64,000 nt of DNA from Macrostomum lignano (taxonomy: Eukaryota), in NCBI GenBank assembly GCA_002269645.1, contig NIVC01001608.1, forward strand, positions 124,001 through 188,000, given 5' to 3'. Shown piece after piece: positions 24,705-38,346 of this stretch. The notes below the pieces were generated by a model. The model saw only the letters and a list, made by a program, of their open reading frames with translations, made no database searches and was not told the DNA's origin. The translations under genes were made by a program, and so were the position numbers. Numbering within the stretch: position 1 is the first letter of the stretch; each line of letters starts with the position of its first letter.

Positions 24705-26202
24705 GCTCACATTTCAGACAACTGGGAATGTATATTTTAATATCTTACATAAGGCTATAGCTATAGGCTATATCGCCTATAATCTATATGACTTAATAGG
24801 ATTTAAAGAGTTATTTTGTTTCATATTTTAAGGCAGTGCATAAAAAATAGCTTAAGCATGGTTAAGCCTTTAAAGAAAAATGGTTATAAGACCGCACCTA
24901 AACTGCACCTACTTTTTTAATTTCAGGGTGCGATTTTAAAATTTAGGGTGCATACGCACACTCTGCGCACAAAAAAAACCCTGGTAAAAGCTAATTTTAC
25001 TTGCAAAGTTGAATGTTTAATACAAAATTCATTTGTAAGCCATATTTTCATTGTTAAATAATAAGAGTGCTACAGATTAGACTTAAGGTTATCATAGGCC
25101 AAATCTGGCTTATAGGCCAAAGTTTACTAATCCCTGCATTAAGCTAACTAATAATGATTATATTATTAGGCCTAGTCACAAGTAAGATATCTTAAAAGTT
25201 AAACCTTAAGGCAAAGGTTGACAAACTCTAGCCTATAGGCTAGATCTGGCCTATAATGCACTCAAATCTAGCTTACATTCTACAACACTTACTATTTAAC
25301 AATATAAAAGTGGCTTGTGAATCAATTTTATGTTGAAACATTCAACTTTATAAGTAAAATTAGCTTTAATCCAGGATGGAATTCTTGCTCAAAGGTAGGA
25401 AAATGCGCGTGCACATTTTTGGAGCAGCGCGTAAGCACGCACGCCAGCTGTAAAAAAGGTCAAAATGCAGATCTTGGCCCATGCGCTAAAAAATGAAATT
25501 TTTAGTTTTTTAATTCTACACCAACATAAATTAAAAAGTTATAATTTAAGTGTATAGTAGCTTGAACACTATTTTTTAGAAAAAATATTCTTTAAAAATG
25601 ATAAGATTTTCACAAAACTTTAAAGTAACTATTTTTGCTAAAAACTATTATACTTGTTTTACTTTTGTTTTAAATTTTCCGGCGTAAAAACAACCTTCCA
25701 GACTATGAAAAGTAAGAGAACTTGAGCATGCATACACCATATGGCATATAACCATGTTGAATGCATGTAAAAGTCAAATCCTGTCTGTGATTTTGTGGCA
25801 AACAGCTTCTTGCACAAGTGCATACGATGGAATGCGCACACACCTTCTTTAAGAGCACGCAAGTAGGCTCCTTTTCAGCGCGCAAACGCGCACAAATGCA
25901 TATAATAACTTTTATGCAAGAATTTTATCTTGGGCTTTTATCCTATCATTCCTATTACTTTCAACTATGTGTTGTTAGCTGTATTTGGTCAAATCATTTA
26001 AATTTTTCATATAGTTATAATTTGTATGTATTTTTTCTAGCTCAGCACCTTAGCCCAATCTTCTAATTTGGCCAACACTAAAAAAGTTTTTTGTTAACCC
26101 TTGCTTCAAGGTGTAGACCTATAGATCTATTTTAAAAGCTAATTAGGGCCTAATAATGTATTAAAATTTGTTGGTTCCTTGATTGAGATTTATTCCTACA
26201 AA

Positions 26203-28210
26203 TAGGGACTCCAGTGAGATTTTGAAACTTTAAAATTTATATATTTTCAGATATGTATCTGATAGAGGACAATAACAGCATCACAAAATGGCTTCACTTA
26301 TTAAATTTGGTTGAGTAATAAAAAAGTTATAGCATTTTTTGTGCCCAAAAAATTACGTTTTTTAGATAGGAAAAATACATTATAGATTGTTGCCATTAGA
26401 TGTACGAAAACAAAATTTTTCACTTTTTGTTGTCATATCTTTTTTGCTATTCAATATACAATATTGAGTCTGGTATCATTTTAAAGACCAAGCAGTTCTA
26501 CATAAGATTAACAAATTGTTTTTATTCTTTCTAATGTATCTTTCTTGGGGTTTGCATTTGAATTTTTAAAAAGTGAAAAATGCACATCAAAAATAGAGCA
26601 AAATTAAAATTTCAAATGACTATTATTTAAAAGTTAATTGCTTTTTCTGAAATCTTTTTTATTTGTTTACTCCACAACATATAAAAGTATATATTTTTAT
26701 ACCATTTTTTCCTATATATTGACAAAGGTTAAAAAATTCACCAATTTTGTGACTTTTTTGCTACTGGAACTTGATAGCATATCTTAAAATTGCACATTTT
26801 TCAACTTTGAATGATTATATTTTTTAGACTAATGAATATATATAAAGTTTGATTTGTTTTTTTAATGAAAAACATATGAAAATGTTTTTTTTGTGTACTT
26901 TGGTTTATTTAAAAGCTCTTGTTCTTTTTTTTTCCAATATTATTGCTTGTTGAGTAGCTGCAACTGAAGACTGAAGTTAGCATATATTTAATGCTTATTG
27001 TCTTTACACACATAATGTATATTGTCTGCTTTGCTTTTTAACTGTAAAACATATAGGTAAATAATTGTTGATACTATTATTGTCTTGTATATTTTTTGAT
27101 TGAGCCTATCCTTATTGTAAAATTGTATATTGTGAATAAAGTTACCGATGAACATTTCTGTAAACAAGTGTAAAGAAGTATTTAAAAATATATTGTACTT
27201 AAAATTGTATATTGTGAAGTTGCTTATTAAACTTACAAATGGAATAAACACAATTTCTTATGAAATTCAGTTCATTTTTATGGGAGTTTGAATTGCAGAC
27301 CAAGGTTACGTGCATTCAAGGGGTCATTTATTGGGATTGCAATTGCTATAGCTCAATAAGCTAAAGCATACATTTATTTGTATTATTTTGCCTTCAAAAC
27401 TAATTTGCAATGGTAAAACGTCTTCTTTTTGGTTAAGAAAAGCCATAATAAGCCACTTTTTATAGAAGTAGTATGTAAGTAGTATCGCTACTAAAAAGCA
27501 AACATTGCTGCTGCTCCTCGGCGGATGTATGTGGAAAGATATAAAAGTGCTGTGAAGAATTCCTATAAGTTCCTCTATTAAATGCAGTAGAAGAATAGTC
27601 TTCGGAAATTACTGCTAGAAAAAAATTTAAATTTTCTGTTTTATCCGTCTATTTTACACTGAAGAGATAGGAAAAAAACAGGCTTCAATAACTTTTTGGC
27701 GGATGTAGATAGACATGTGCGGTTTTTTTAATGTAATCATATTACGGAGTAGCATTCATTTCTGGGTTTTACTAAGCTTCGGAAATACGGGTACGATTTT
27801 TATTCAACTTTAATTTTTTTATACTGTCTAAATAGGGAGAAAAGAAAAAAAATTTCTTCTAAAAATGTCAAAAAATGTTTGTAAATATAGTTGTTTGTAT
27901 CAATAAATAGTTATATTTTGTTAAAATAATTGCTTTCCAACAAAAAAACGAACTTTCGAAAGTCACTTTTTTGGCAACAAAACGAGTGTATTAAAAAAAA
28001 GACGAAGTTCAGTGGGACATTACTCGGCATACAATGTATATATTTTTTGTTTCTTTATCTCATTAAAAAGAATAGAAACTCTTCTTTAACATGTATATTT
28101 TGTTTTTACTATAAACATTTTCTATGCATGGCAATTTCATTTTTAAAAAACATTTTTTTACGATTTTTCGTGTAATTATCAGCTTTACAGTAACCTCACT
28201 GGAGTCCCTA
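26203..28210. mobile_element. AT-rich non-autonomous DNA transposon, 2 kb
   Basis: Perfect 16-bp TIR TAGGGACTCCAGTGAG / CTCACTGGAGTCCCTA with flanking CTACAAA duplicated on both sides. No coding capacity. Confidence 0.8.
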
Positions 28211-31200
28211 CTACAAATAAATAGACTATTTTAAAATTGAATTCAAGTATTAAAATGCATTTTTAAAGCTACTTTACTCTGATAGCAATGTTATATTCAG
28301 CTTTAAAATTCTATAAGTAGAATATTTGTCTCAAAGAAAAAACTGGCATGAATTTGTAGTAAGGGCCTATGACTATGTTAAGACAAATTCAGAGGCACAA
28401 ATTCATTTTGGAATTAGAAGCTAATATATAAAATATAAAAGGAAATATAAAAGACAATCTAACAACCATATGTCTAAGATATCATTGCAAAGCTAAGAAG
28501 ACATGTGTTAAGAAGTGATAAAAGTTTCAGAGCAAATGATTAATTAAAGCATAAAAAGATGCAGCAATAAATCAAAGTTTTAGTTGATCAACAATCTTTC
28601 AACCAAGATTAAACATATGCTAGGACTGGTCTAAATTTGTTCTAAGAATCAACAAAATTAAAAGTTTATAGGTAGACAATTTGTTAGCAGACAAATTAGG
28701 CCTAGGCAGTATAGGCCCTGCCCTGGGCCTGGGCCTGGGGGGGGGCTTACAACGTTACAAGTGAAGTGACATAACATAATCATGGTCATGACATACTTTT
28801 TGTTTAGTTTGCAGAAAAACTAACCAACTAGCTACAGATAGACAACTAACTAGCTTCATTTCATTTTCGCGAGCGTATCATATTGGACCTGACTTTAGAC
28901 TTTTTATTCGAGTTTTTAAAAGGTGGCGGCGGGGTTTTTTAAGTTTTAAACTTGTGGTTTAGACTTTTGAATTGCCGCGTGCGTTGAGTTTGCACGTTTC
29001 AATCCGGAAATCTCGAGCAGTAAAACTCATTTATTCCGCCGGGTTACTCCGTCTGCTGGGTCCTCAATTCCGGGGGAGGGTAGTTTAAGTCGCAGTCGAG
29101 CGGTCATAAATTTAGCGTGGTCGTTTAGGTCCTCGGACACCGATTTTGGTGTACTTCGATTTTCTCGCATGCTTACTAAGTAAGTGTATAGTGCTGCCAT
29201 GCCACGGTAATTGACGTATTACGGACCGTTATTCTCAGCTTTCTTCGAGTTGAGAATAGATGGTTTTACGCCCCGGCTCCGTGGGTAAAGTATTCAAAGT
29301 TAAGGCTTATTGATAAAAGAATAAATAGTTTATTGCGCGGTTTTTATTAATGGCGTGTTAATAAATACCATTCAGTGGAACCGACACGAGAGAGGCCGGT
29401 GACTTAATTGGCAGAGCCGCGGTGCGAATAGAGGCTACATGTAACTTAAGTTAGTAAATTAAAAAAAGTTAGCAGAAAACGGTTTAAAGGAGGTAATAAT
29501 GCGCATGCAATGCAAGAAAATAACACAAAACAAACCAACAACAAGCTAGGGAGCTTTCGGAAGAGAGAGGGTGGCAGCTAGCGACATTGGTCATTTTTAT
29601 ACGGCATTGCTATATATGGTTCCGCGCGTGTGGAATTCATTGAGGCAACACATGCATGGAAAATGGGAGATTAAGCACTGCGCTGCATGGTCCCGCGCGT
29701 GGAACTATAAAATAAGCACAGAAATAATACAAAACCCAAAAGGAGGGCAACGGCCCGGGGTCCACAAAAAAGGAAAAGGGGGCGGCCCGAAGCGGGCCAA
29801 ACTGGGGTCGTGTACTACGTCATACCAAACCCTTCGGTATTTTCCGGTGTCCCATCACGGTGCACAAAATTAGTTATACACAAATTTTCTCGAAAAAATA
29901 CGAGTAAAAAATTAGCCGACTAACTCACATTTTTAATTCATTCATCCATTTTGAATATAACAATTGTGCAAGCAATAAATTTTTTATTTGTTTTTCCTTA
30001 CTTAGTAATTTAGGCTTTCTTTGCTTCGCGATATTCAGTATTTTACATAAAACTCATAATATTAAAATACTGCGCGGTCTGGCGGCGGGCGTCACCGATT
30101 GCCATACCCCTCCTCCACGTGCTTTAATTTCAGCAAGGGTACGAGCGTAGCAGCCGTATGAACTCGATCACATATATTGTACCTACCTAGAGACAAACCA
30201 TTTTTAGTATATTATAAGCATACAATTCAAACCTTAGAGATTTAGTATATTTAGATGGATAAGATTACGGACTAAGGTAATCGGGTGGACTCTGGTCACA
30301 CCAATTAATTTAAGGCCCCCAGTGTCAGAAAGCGCGCCGCTACACATGCGAAATCCTGGAGGAGTCTGCAAGTTACCCCAGTCTCGCACAGAAGACAGTC
30401 ATGTATCATGATCGTTAATCAATGGATTCGGACCTTGCCGCGTATATAAGCGTGAGCAGCAGGACTTTAGCCCGGATCACGGATGGCCTAGTGCCAGTTA
30501 AAGCCTCCACCGACGCAGCAGGATGGTTTCAGGAGCCTCGACGCTCTCATCAGCTCGAATTAGGCTGAGCGGTCGGGAGCAACCCTGTACGCCGAGCAAA
30601 ATGCTTTTCGATTTACATTTATACTACTTTACCAGAATCAGCAAGTAGTACCGAGGTGTTAGTGCATTTTCAGACTTAAACAATTCCAAGATAAACAGTA
30701 TATTGATGTGAGAAATTGCGATGTAGATCAATATCTGCATAGCTTGGGCTATTTTTTCTACATTCAAGTATAACTTTCCATGGACTTGCTCAAATGCCAA
30801 TCAACTGTAATATAGAAATACTTTTTCGTATAGAAGACCTTATAAAAAATGGATACTTGAGATTGCTGACTATCAAAAAGAGTTAGATCTTCCAAAGGGT
30901 CGAATGCCAAATGCCTGCGAGGAAAAAATTCCTGTAGACATGTGCACACTGTATCTCTTAATGATAGGTTGACCCTATGTGTATTTGCACGAAGAAGATC
31001 TCATCAACAAAGTGTCGTGACTCTCTGTACGCGTCTTGGATTGAAAAGCGAAGTTAAAGGGAATCGCTATTGCCTTAGCCCGGACCGGATGCCAAGATTT
31101 ATAGAATGTCGCCAGTTTAACTGGAAGATGATATATTGCTTCAGGAAATCGTGACAGTTCTCTGGTTTTACAAGTCGCCCAAGTTCCGTTTTGAAGGTAT

Positions 31201-32939
31201 TATTGCCAATTGCATGCGCTGTGCCAAGCCCCAGGGTCTATAGTGAGAGTAGAGGGTTGCTGACAAGATTGATCTTCAATTGTACTGTTTTGTGTATTTT
31301 CACTTTGTGAACCTTATATAAACTTCAATGAGCAACCCGTTGCAATCAATAAATATTCGAAGGAGAGCTGTGGCGGGCATGGTAGCGCGGCGGGGAGTAC
31401 CGGGCATCGGGATAGAGCGGGGAGGCGAGGCCGACCATTCCGCTTACCCACTAGAGACCACGGGCAGCTGGTGCTGCTGTGTCACGCATGGAGATCCGGT
31501 GGTGTCCACAGCGCGGTCCCCCTTCAGGAGAGTCCAGGAGGCGGATGGTCGCTCGACCGGTGGCCCTCAGGCAGTGGACGAGCTGCAGCAGAGATTCTCG
31601 GGTCGGAGAGGTCCGGGTTTCGGCCGAGGTACTGTACGTAGGTGAGCCTGTCCTGAGTAAAAGCGGGGCATTCACAGATCTTCGATTACAGAAGACTCCA
31701 GAGCACTTACATGTACAAGCAGGCACGCACTCATACACCAGCTCACACAGGGTGTACAGCGACCCTGACTTTCCTATCGTGTGATATTAGGTCGCACGAC
31801 AACCCTCCTTGTCACCAAATTTTCACGCGCAAGCCTAAATTAAGCACACAGGTTGTGGCTGTGGCTGTTTTACGTGAGTCATACGTGTTTACTACTAGTA
31901 CTAGTGAGCGCCGCGACACTGCTACCAACATTACCCCTACACATCACCTGAGCACCCAGCGGTCCCATTGATGTCCCCGTGATTTATTAGAATTAATCTA
32001 TGCAATTAATACACTTCACGCTTCCCGTGACCCAGAGCGCCCCGCCTGCTCAGTGCAATTTCGCGAACGAGTCGGACCTCCCCTGAGATCGACGCTGCAG
32101 CTCTGCTGATTTTGTTTGGGTTTCACACTCAACGCATGCGCACGGTTGACTGAAGGCTAAAAAAGATAAGCAATTGCACTCAAGCCGATATACGTCGTAG
32201 CTTAGCTAGGTGTAAAAAATCGCACTCGAGTCATAAAATCTACTCCACCCCGTGTGTGAGCCATGTGTAGCTTGGCTGTGGGGTTCACTCGTTCACTGAA
32301 TTTTATGCCATTATAATGTTATACAATGTAATTATTAAACACGATCGTTCATTTCGTATTTTATGAGTGTATAGACTGACTGTGTGCCTGGAAAGTTAAT
32401 TAAAATTAATACATGATTCGCGATATTGATGGCTGAGCTCAGCTGACTGTAAATGCATGCAGACTTGGATGGGTGTGCGTGTACTATTGTATTATCGAAA
32501 CTGCTTGAACAGATAGCTGCGGGCGGCCTGAGTGGAACTGCATGCATATGGGAGTCGACTGAGATCGAAACACACGAGCCTTTGACCTAGTTAGATCATT
32601 TTCCTCTTTTCATATTGAATCCCCCAATGCCCCGATCCCGCGCCCGCGGCCTTTAAAACCGCATTTTTGACTTTCCGTACCGATATGAATCGCCATTTCA
32701 TCTTTGTGGGACTTTTTTTTGCTAGAGCACCACACATGCCATTATATAACCACGTAATTATTTTGCTTTAAAAATATCCTGTAGTATTTCCACTTATTAG
32801 GCTTTTGACGAGAGAGGTTTATTTCTACTGAGAATATTTATGTGGACAGTCGCAGAGTAATGAGAATTTCCGGTTGGAATCGTGGCACAATAAGACTCTA
32901 GGTAAATATTTATGATTATCATATTTATGCTAGGAATAC

Positions 32940-33420
32940 GAGTAAGTCGTGACGCAATAGGAATGTCAGGAATAAGTCGTGACGCAATAGGAATGTCAGC
33001 TTAGCAAATCATGAGGCAATAGGACTGTCAGAAATGAGTCATGAAGCAATGGGAATGTCAGGAATGAGTCATGAGGCAATAGGAATGTCAGTTTAGCAAA
33101 TCATGAGGCAATTGGTATGTCAGGAATGAGTCATGAGGCAATAGGAATGTCAGGAATAAGTCGTGGCGCAAAAGGAATGTCTGTAGCAAATCATGAGGCA
33201 ATTGAAATGTCAGGAATGAGTCATGACGTCATAGGAATGTCAATAACAAGTCATGACGCAGTTTGAAATTCAGGAACAAGTCATAACGCATTTAAAATGC
33301 CGATACGAGCTAAAAGAAATAAAGAAATGAATATAATGTCAGTGAGAAGTCATGACACAATAGATAATAATGTCAGGAAGAAGTCACAGCTCGAAAAAAT
33401 GTCAGAGTAATGAAATGACG
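32940..33420. repeat. Degenerate ~30-bp minisatellite (GTCATGAGGCAATAGGAATGTCAGGAATGA)
   Basis: Directly visible. Confidence 0.85.
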
Positions 33421-34149
33421 TGAACAAAATGATCGCGTACCGAAAAGATATCAAGGAGACGATACCAGCATGTGATTATTTCGTGGGAGAGTCAATACAC
33501 TTGAAAGTGCTTAGAATAGCAATTGATTAAATGCAGCCTGACGTCATCTGAGGGCATTCCTAACAAGAAGTCGATTATAGGATCCCCATTTTTCGGATCC
33601 TTGTATGGTTCGGATCAGCGCCTCTCTCTCTCTCTCTCCTCTCTGTCTCTCTCTCTCTCGTCAAAGCCTTGGCTAGATGTAGCGGAAAAAACACGAGCCA
33701 TCCGCGCAACACAACTCGAATGCTTTTAGGAGGGAGCTGGGGGACACAATAATCTTCTTCTGTTTCCCGGGTCATTTTCTCTGAAACTACACTCGCGCTA
33801 TATTTCTGAGAATCCCAGCTTGGCTACTTTTGTCAGAGACAGTAGCGCTAATGACAGATAATTGCTGCATCCTGCTGTGACAGCCGGAACCATCCTCCCC
33901 TATGAACCCTCCCCCCCAGCTGAGGCCGGGCTATCACACCTGGGTTGTGCGTTTCTGTCAGATAATACACCGAAAACGGGCTTTCAGGAGAATTTTTAAT
34001 TTACGTTTCTATGGTAACGAGAATGAGGAAAAATTCCTAATCTGGTAGGCGAATTCGATTTGAGGGAATTATTCTACCCTCTACTTACTTTAATTATGAA
34101 ATGTGTAAAAATCCATAATCCTTTGACTATTTAGCTACTGATAGACACT

Positions 34150-34825
34150 ATGAGATATAAGAATACAGATATGAGAGTACAGATATGAGAGTACAGATAT
34201 GAGAGTACAGATATGAGAGTACAGATATGAGAATACAGATATGATAATACAGATACGAGAGTACAGATATGAGAGTACAGATATGAGAGTACAGATATGA
34301 GAGTACAGATATGAGTATACAGATATGAGAGTACAGATATGAGAGTACAGATATGAGAATACAGATATGAGAGTACAGATATGAGAATACAGATATGAGA
34401 GTACAGATATGAGAGTACAGATATGAGAGTACAGATATGAGAGTACAGATATGAGAGTACAGATATGAGAGTAAAGATATGAGAGTACAGATATGAGAGT
34501 ACAGATATGAGAGTACAGATATGAGAGTACAGATATGAGAGTACAGATATGAGAGTACAGATATGAGAGTACAGATATGAGAATACAGATATGATAATAC
34601 AGATATGAGAGTACAGATATGAGAGTACAGATATGAGAGTACAGATATGAGAGTACAGATATGAGAGTACAGATATGAGAGTACAGATATGAGAGTACAG
34701 ATATGAGTATACAGATATGAGAGTACAGATATGAGAGTACAGATATGAGAGTACAGATATGAGAGTACAGATATGAGTATACAGATATGAGAGTACAGAT
34801 ATGAGAGTACAGATATGAGAATATT
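34150..34825. repeat. 14-bp minisatellite (AGATATGAGAGTAC)
   Basis: Directly visible. Confidence 0.97.
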
Positions 34826-35439
34826 GAGAGCTGAGCAAGCACAGAACTAAACATGCTAACCGGTTGCACAGTTACTAAACCATGCCTTTGAGCTAAGTTC
34901 ATCAAAGCAACTCATACTAGAAATGCTCAATACTCTACTCTATGGCAATTTGAATTTGTTAAAAAAGATCACATCGCCCTCAAGGCTCAGTTAGGGCAGG
35001 CACGCACATTCTCTCAGGATACTCAAATACTCATCTCTGCACTCGCTCTGGCTCAAGCCCTCCTCACTCAGCCCCCACCGTCTCCAATCCTGAGATGCGG
35101 ATTTCAGCTTCCTTTCGTTATACAGCTTGAACAGAAACTGCCTGATTAATTATTAATGAGCAATTATTGCAAAAATAACACAGTTTGGCCTCAATCTTCG
35201 ACCTCCTCGGCCACTGCAGGCCGTGGGGGCGGGTTCGATTGCTAAAAACCCCCTAAGGCACCTAAGCTCTCAATCATTCTGCTGCTTTCACTTTCCTGGC
35301 CTAGGAGCAAGTCTATGCGGGTATTATACTCGACCCTAACTACCAGAGCAGTCCGACCCAAAGTACTTTTATCATTTCATTAATTATATTTTTGTTTTCA
35401 TATTGTTCCGTGTTGCTAAATTAAAAAATTTCAAGCTTA

Positions 35440-35975
35440 TAAAGTTTCAAGCTTGTAAAGTTTCCAGCTTGTGAACCTTCAAGCTTGTGAACCTTCAAGC
35501 TTGTGAACCTTCAAGCTTGTGAACCTTCAAGCTTGTGAACCTTCAAGCTTGTGAACCTTCAAGCTTGTGAACCATCAAGCTTGTGAGCCTTCAAGCTTGT
35601 GAACCTTCAAGCTTGTGAACCTTCAAGCTTGTGAACCTTCAAGCTTGTGAACTTTCAAGCTTGTGAACCTTCAAGCTTGTGAACTTTCAAGCTTGTGAAT
35701 TTTCAAGCTTGTGAAACTTCAAGCTTGTGAAACTTAAACCTTGTGAAACTTAAGGCTTGTGAAACTTCAAGCTTGTGAAACGTAAAGCTTGTGAAACTTC
35801 AAGTTTGTGAACTTTCAAGCTTGTGGACCTTTAAGCTTGTGAAACTTAAAGCTTGTGAAACTTCAAGCCTGTGAACTTAAACCTTGTGAAACTTCAAGCT
35901 TGGGAAACTTAAAGCTTGTGAAACTTCAAGCCTGTGAAACTTAAAGCTTGTGAAACTTCAAGCTTGTGAAACTTC
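35440..35975. repeat. 16-bp minisatellite (AAGCTTGTGAACCTTC)
   Basis: Directly visible. Confidence 0.95.
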
Positions 35976-36411
35976 CTATCTTGCGAATGCATTGATTATT
36001 AATTATTAGCACAGATAAGTACAGCGCCATTCATACTGTACTTCAATATATACATTGATACTGGTAAACTAACTGCACAGGTAAACTATAATATATTATA
36101 ATACTCCGCTCCTTTTGACTTTTAGTGACACAAGCGAGTTGACGGGAGGTTGGAGTTGTGCGAACTCCTGCCGCTAGCACTGTTTGCCCGCCTACGGTGC
36201 CTATTTGGGAATCTTCCAAGATTCATAGCAACTGCAGGCCGAAATCTCTCTCTGCTGTCTCTCCGTGTTTATCTTTCACGCGGAATCCTTCCCTTATCTG
36301 CAAGCACCGTAGCCGTGATGGAGATGTATATTTTAAGACTTCAGGTCTTGAATAAGGTTTTCAGGAGTCGAAACTTGTGGAGCTTAAATTAGTGCGCGAT
36401 GCTGGTAAGAG

Positions 36412-37068
36412 AGATACCGGTATTAGTCACTGTGATACCGGTATTAGTCACTGTGATACCGGTATTAGTCACTGTGATACCGGTATTAGTCACTGTGATA
36501 CCGGTATTAGTCACTGTGATACCGGATTAGTCACTGTGATACCGGATTAGTCACTGTGATACCGGTATTAGTCACTGTGATACCGGTATTAGTCACTGTG
36601 ATACCGGTATTAGTCACTGTGATACCGGTATTAGTCACTGTGATACCGGTATTAGTCACCGTGATACCGGTATTAGTCACTGTGATACCGGTATTAGTCA
36701 CCGTGATACCAGTATTAGTCACTGTGATACCGGTATTGGTCACTGTGATACCGGTATTAGTCACCGTGATACCGGTATTAGTCACCGTGATACCGGTATT
36801 AGTCACTGTGATACCGGTATTAGTCACTGTGATACCGGTATTAGTCACTGTGATACCGGTATTAGTCACCGTGATACCGGTATTAGTCACTGTGATACCG
36901 GTATTAGTCACTGTGATACCGGTATTAGTCACTGTGATACCGGTATTAGTCACTGTGATACCGGTATTAGTCACTGTGATACCGGTATTGGTCACTGTGA
37001 TACCGGTATTAGTCACCGTGATACCGGTATTAGTCACTGTGATACCGGTATTAGTCACTGTGATACCG
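36412..37068. repeat. 21-bp minisatellite (GTCACTGTGATACCGGTATTA)
   Basis: Directly visible; TGITVTN ORF artefact. Confidence 0.97.
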
Positions 37069-37339
37069 GCATGGTTACTAGTACTATCTTGCCAATTCAT
37101 TCTTGTAGCGATAACCGGCCTCCAAAAGACATTTGCACCATCTTGTAGTTGTGCAATAATGTAAAACTCAAAGCATTTTCAATTCACAAACACGATTACA
37201 CGAATATATTTAGCAATAATTACACTTATATAATAGTTAACGACAGTAATTAAAATTAAAGTGCATTGGCCAGTGAAGATACTGAGTTGCATTTTTTGTT
37301 AATATTCTCTGATGGGCGCGAGTTCAAATAAACAAAAAC

Positions 37340-37416
37340 TGTTGTTAAATAGCACTGGGGCGCGCAAAGCGTTCTAATCTTGTTTCGTAGGTCGCAGGTT
37401 CGATTCTTGCCCCTGT
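37340..37416 (+). other. tRNA-derived relic (T-arm / B-box), possibly a SINE head or tRNA pseudogene
   Basis: AGGTCGCAGG-TTCGATT-CTTGC forms a T stem-loop, with a weak A-box-like TAGCACTGG upstream. No complete cloverleaf. Confidence 0.35.
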
Positions 37417-38024
37417 AAATATTCCAGATAATTTCAATGAGCTGATTAATTTTAATCAGCTCAGTTATGTACATGCAATAAATTAGACAAAAAGAAAGTG
37501 TTACAGATAACAGCCATGCCCCACAACACGGACTATAATGGGGAGAATTAATATCGCTGTTTTCAGTGAAGTTGATAATCAAGCAGAGCTTCATTTTGAT
37601 TGACATTTTATCAACCTGATTGAACTCGACTCGACTCTTCGGGATTCTGTGGGGCTTGTAAATAAAATAAAATAATTACTTTCTAGAATGGCCTAGAAAC
37701 GATCTAGTCTAGAATGATTAAAATTCTAATCGTACGGGTTAGGGCGTTTTAACAAAAAAATCACTTAAATCGAGAAACTTGCGGAAAACAAGAAAAACGA
37801 AGAACAGAATTGAAGATTGACAGAATTTGTTGCTGCAGATGATGACAGCGAGTTTACAAAAATGTTCTATAGGAACTGCACCTTAAATATTCCAGATTCT
37901 TACAGTTCTTTATTAAAGCAGTTTCTGTCGGAGTAAAAATGTTTAGCGCAGTTTCTTAGAATAATTGAGTCTTCAAAACTTTGACCAGACGATGTCAAAC
38001 TCTAATCCAGTAACAGAACCTATG

Positions 38025-38346
38025 CTCAGTCACTGAATAGCCCTTATCACTGAATAGCCCAGTCACTGAATAGCCCAGTCACTGAATAGCCCAGTCACTG
38101 AATAGCCCAGTCACTGAATAGCCCAGTCACTGAATAGCCCAGTCACTGAATAGCCCAGTCACTGAATAGCCCAGTCACTGAATAGCCCAGTCACTGAATA
38201 GCCCAGTCACTGAATAGCCCAGTCACTGAATAGCCCAGTCACTGAATAGCTCAGTCACTGAATAGCTCAGTCACTGAATAGCCCAGTCACTGAATAGCCC
38301 AGTCACTGAATAGCCCAGTCACTGAATAGCCCAGTCACTGAATAGT
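38025..38346. repeat. 16-bp minisatellite (TCACTGAATAGCCCAG) beginning within the complexin stop region
   Basis: Minus-strand unit contains CTATTCAGTGA, i.e. the last codons plus TGA. Confidence 0.95.

Larger units (their letters stand above)
22124..24983. mobile_element. Non-autonomous hAT-type DNA transposon with nested internal inverted repeats
   Basis: Termini C(T)GGGTTTTTTTT ... AAAAAAAACCCTG. Perfect 8-bp target duplication GTAAAAGC at 22116-22123 and 24984-24991. Subterminal GGTGCG/CGCACC motifs at both ends. No transposase ORF seen. Confidence 0.8.
21946..26105. mobile_element. Older degenerate hAT/Charlie-like MITE ends surrounding the nested elements
   Basis: CAGGGGTTGGCAAACTTTT...ATTAGAAGATTGGCTAA at ~21946 is mirrored in reverse at ~26030-26105. 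Related ends at ~25095-25140 and ~25208-25260. Confidence 0.45.

Noticed and set aside
30750-31780. Coding-like stretches with moderate GC
   Set aside because: Frames are broken by stops and no domain was recognised; possibly decayed TE but unsupported.
32800-33667. 16-17-bp inverted pair GGCTTTTGACGAGAGAG / CTCTCTCGTCAAAGCC
   Set aside because: Partly made of GA/CT repeat and no target duplication was found; too weak to call an element.
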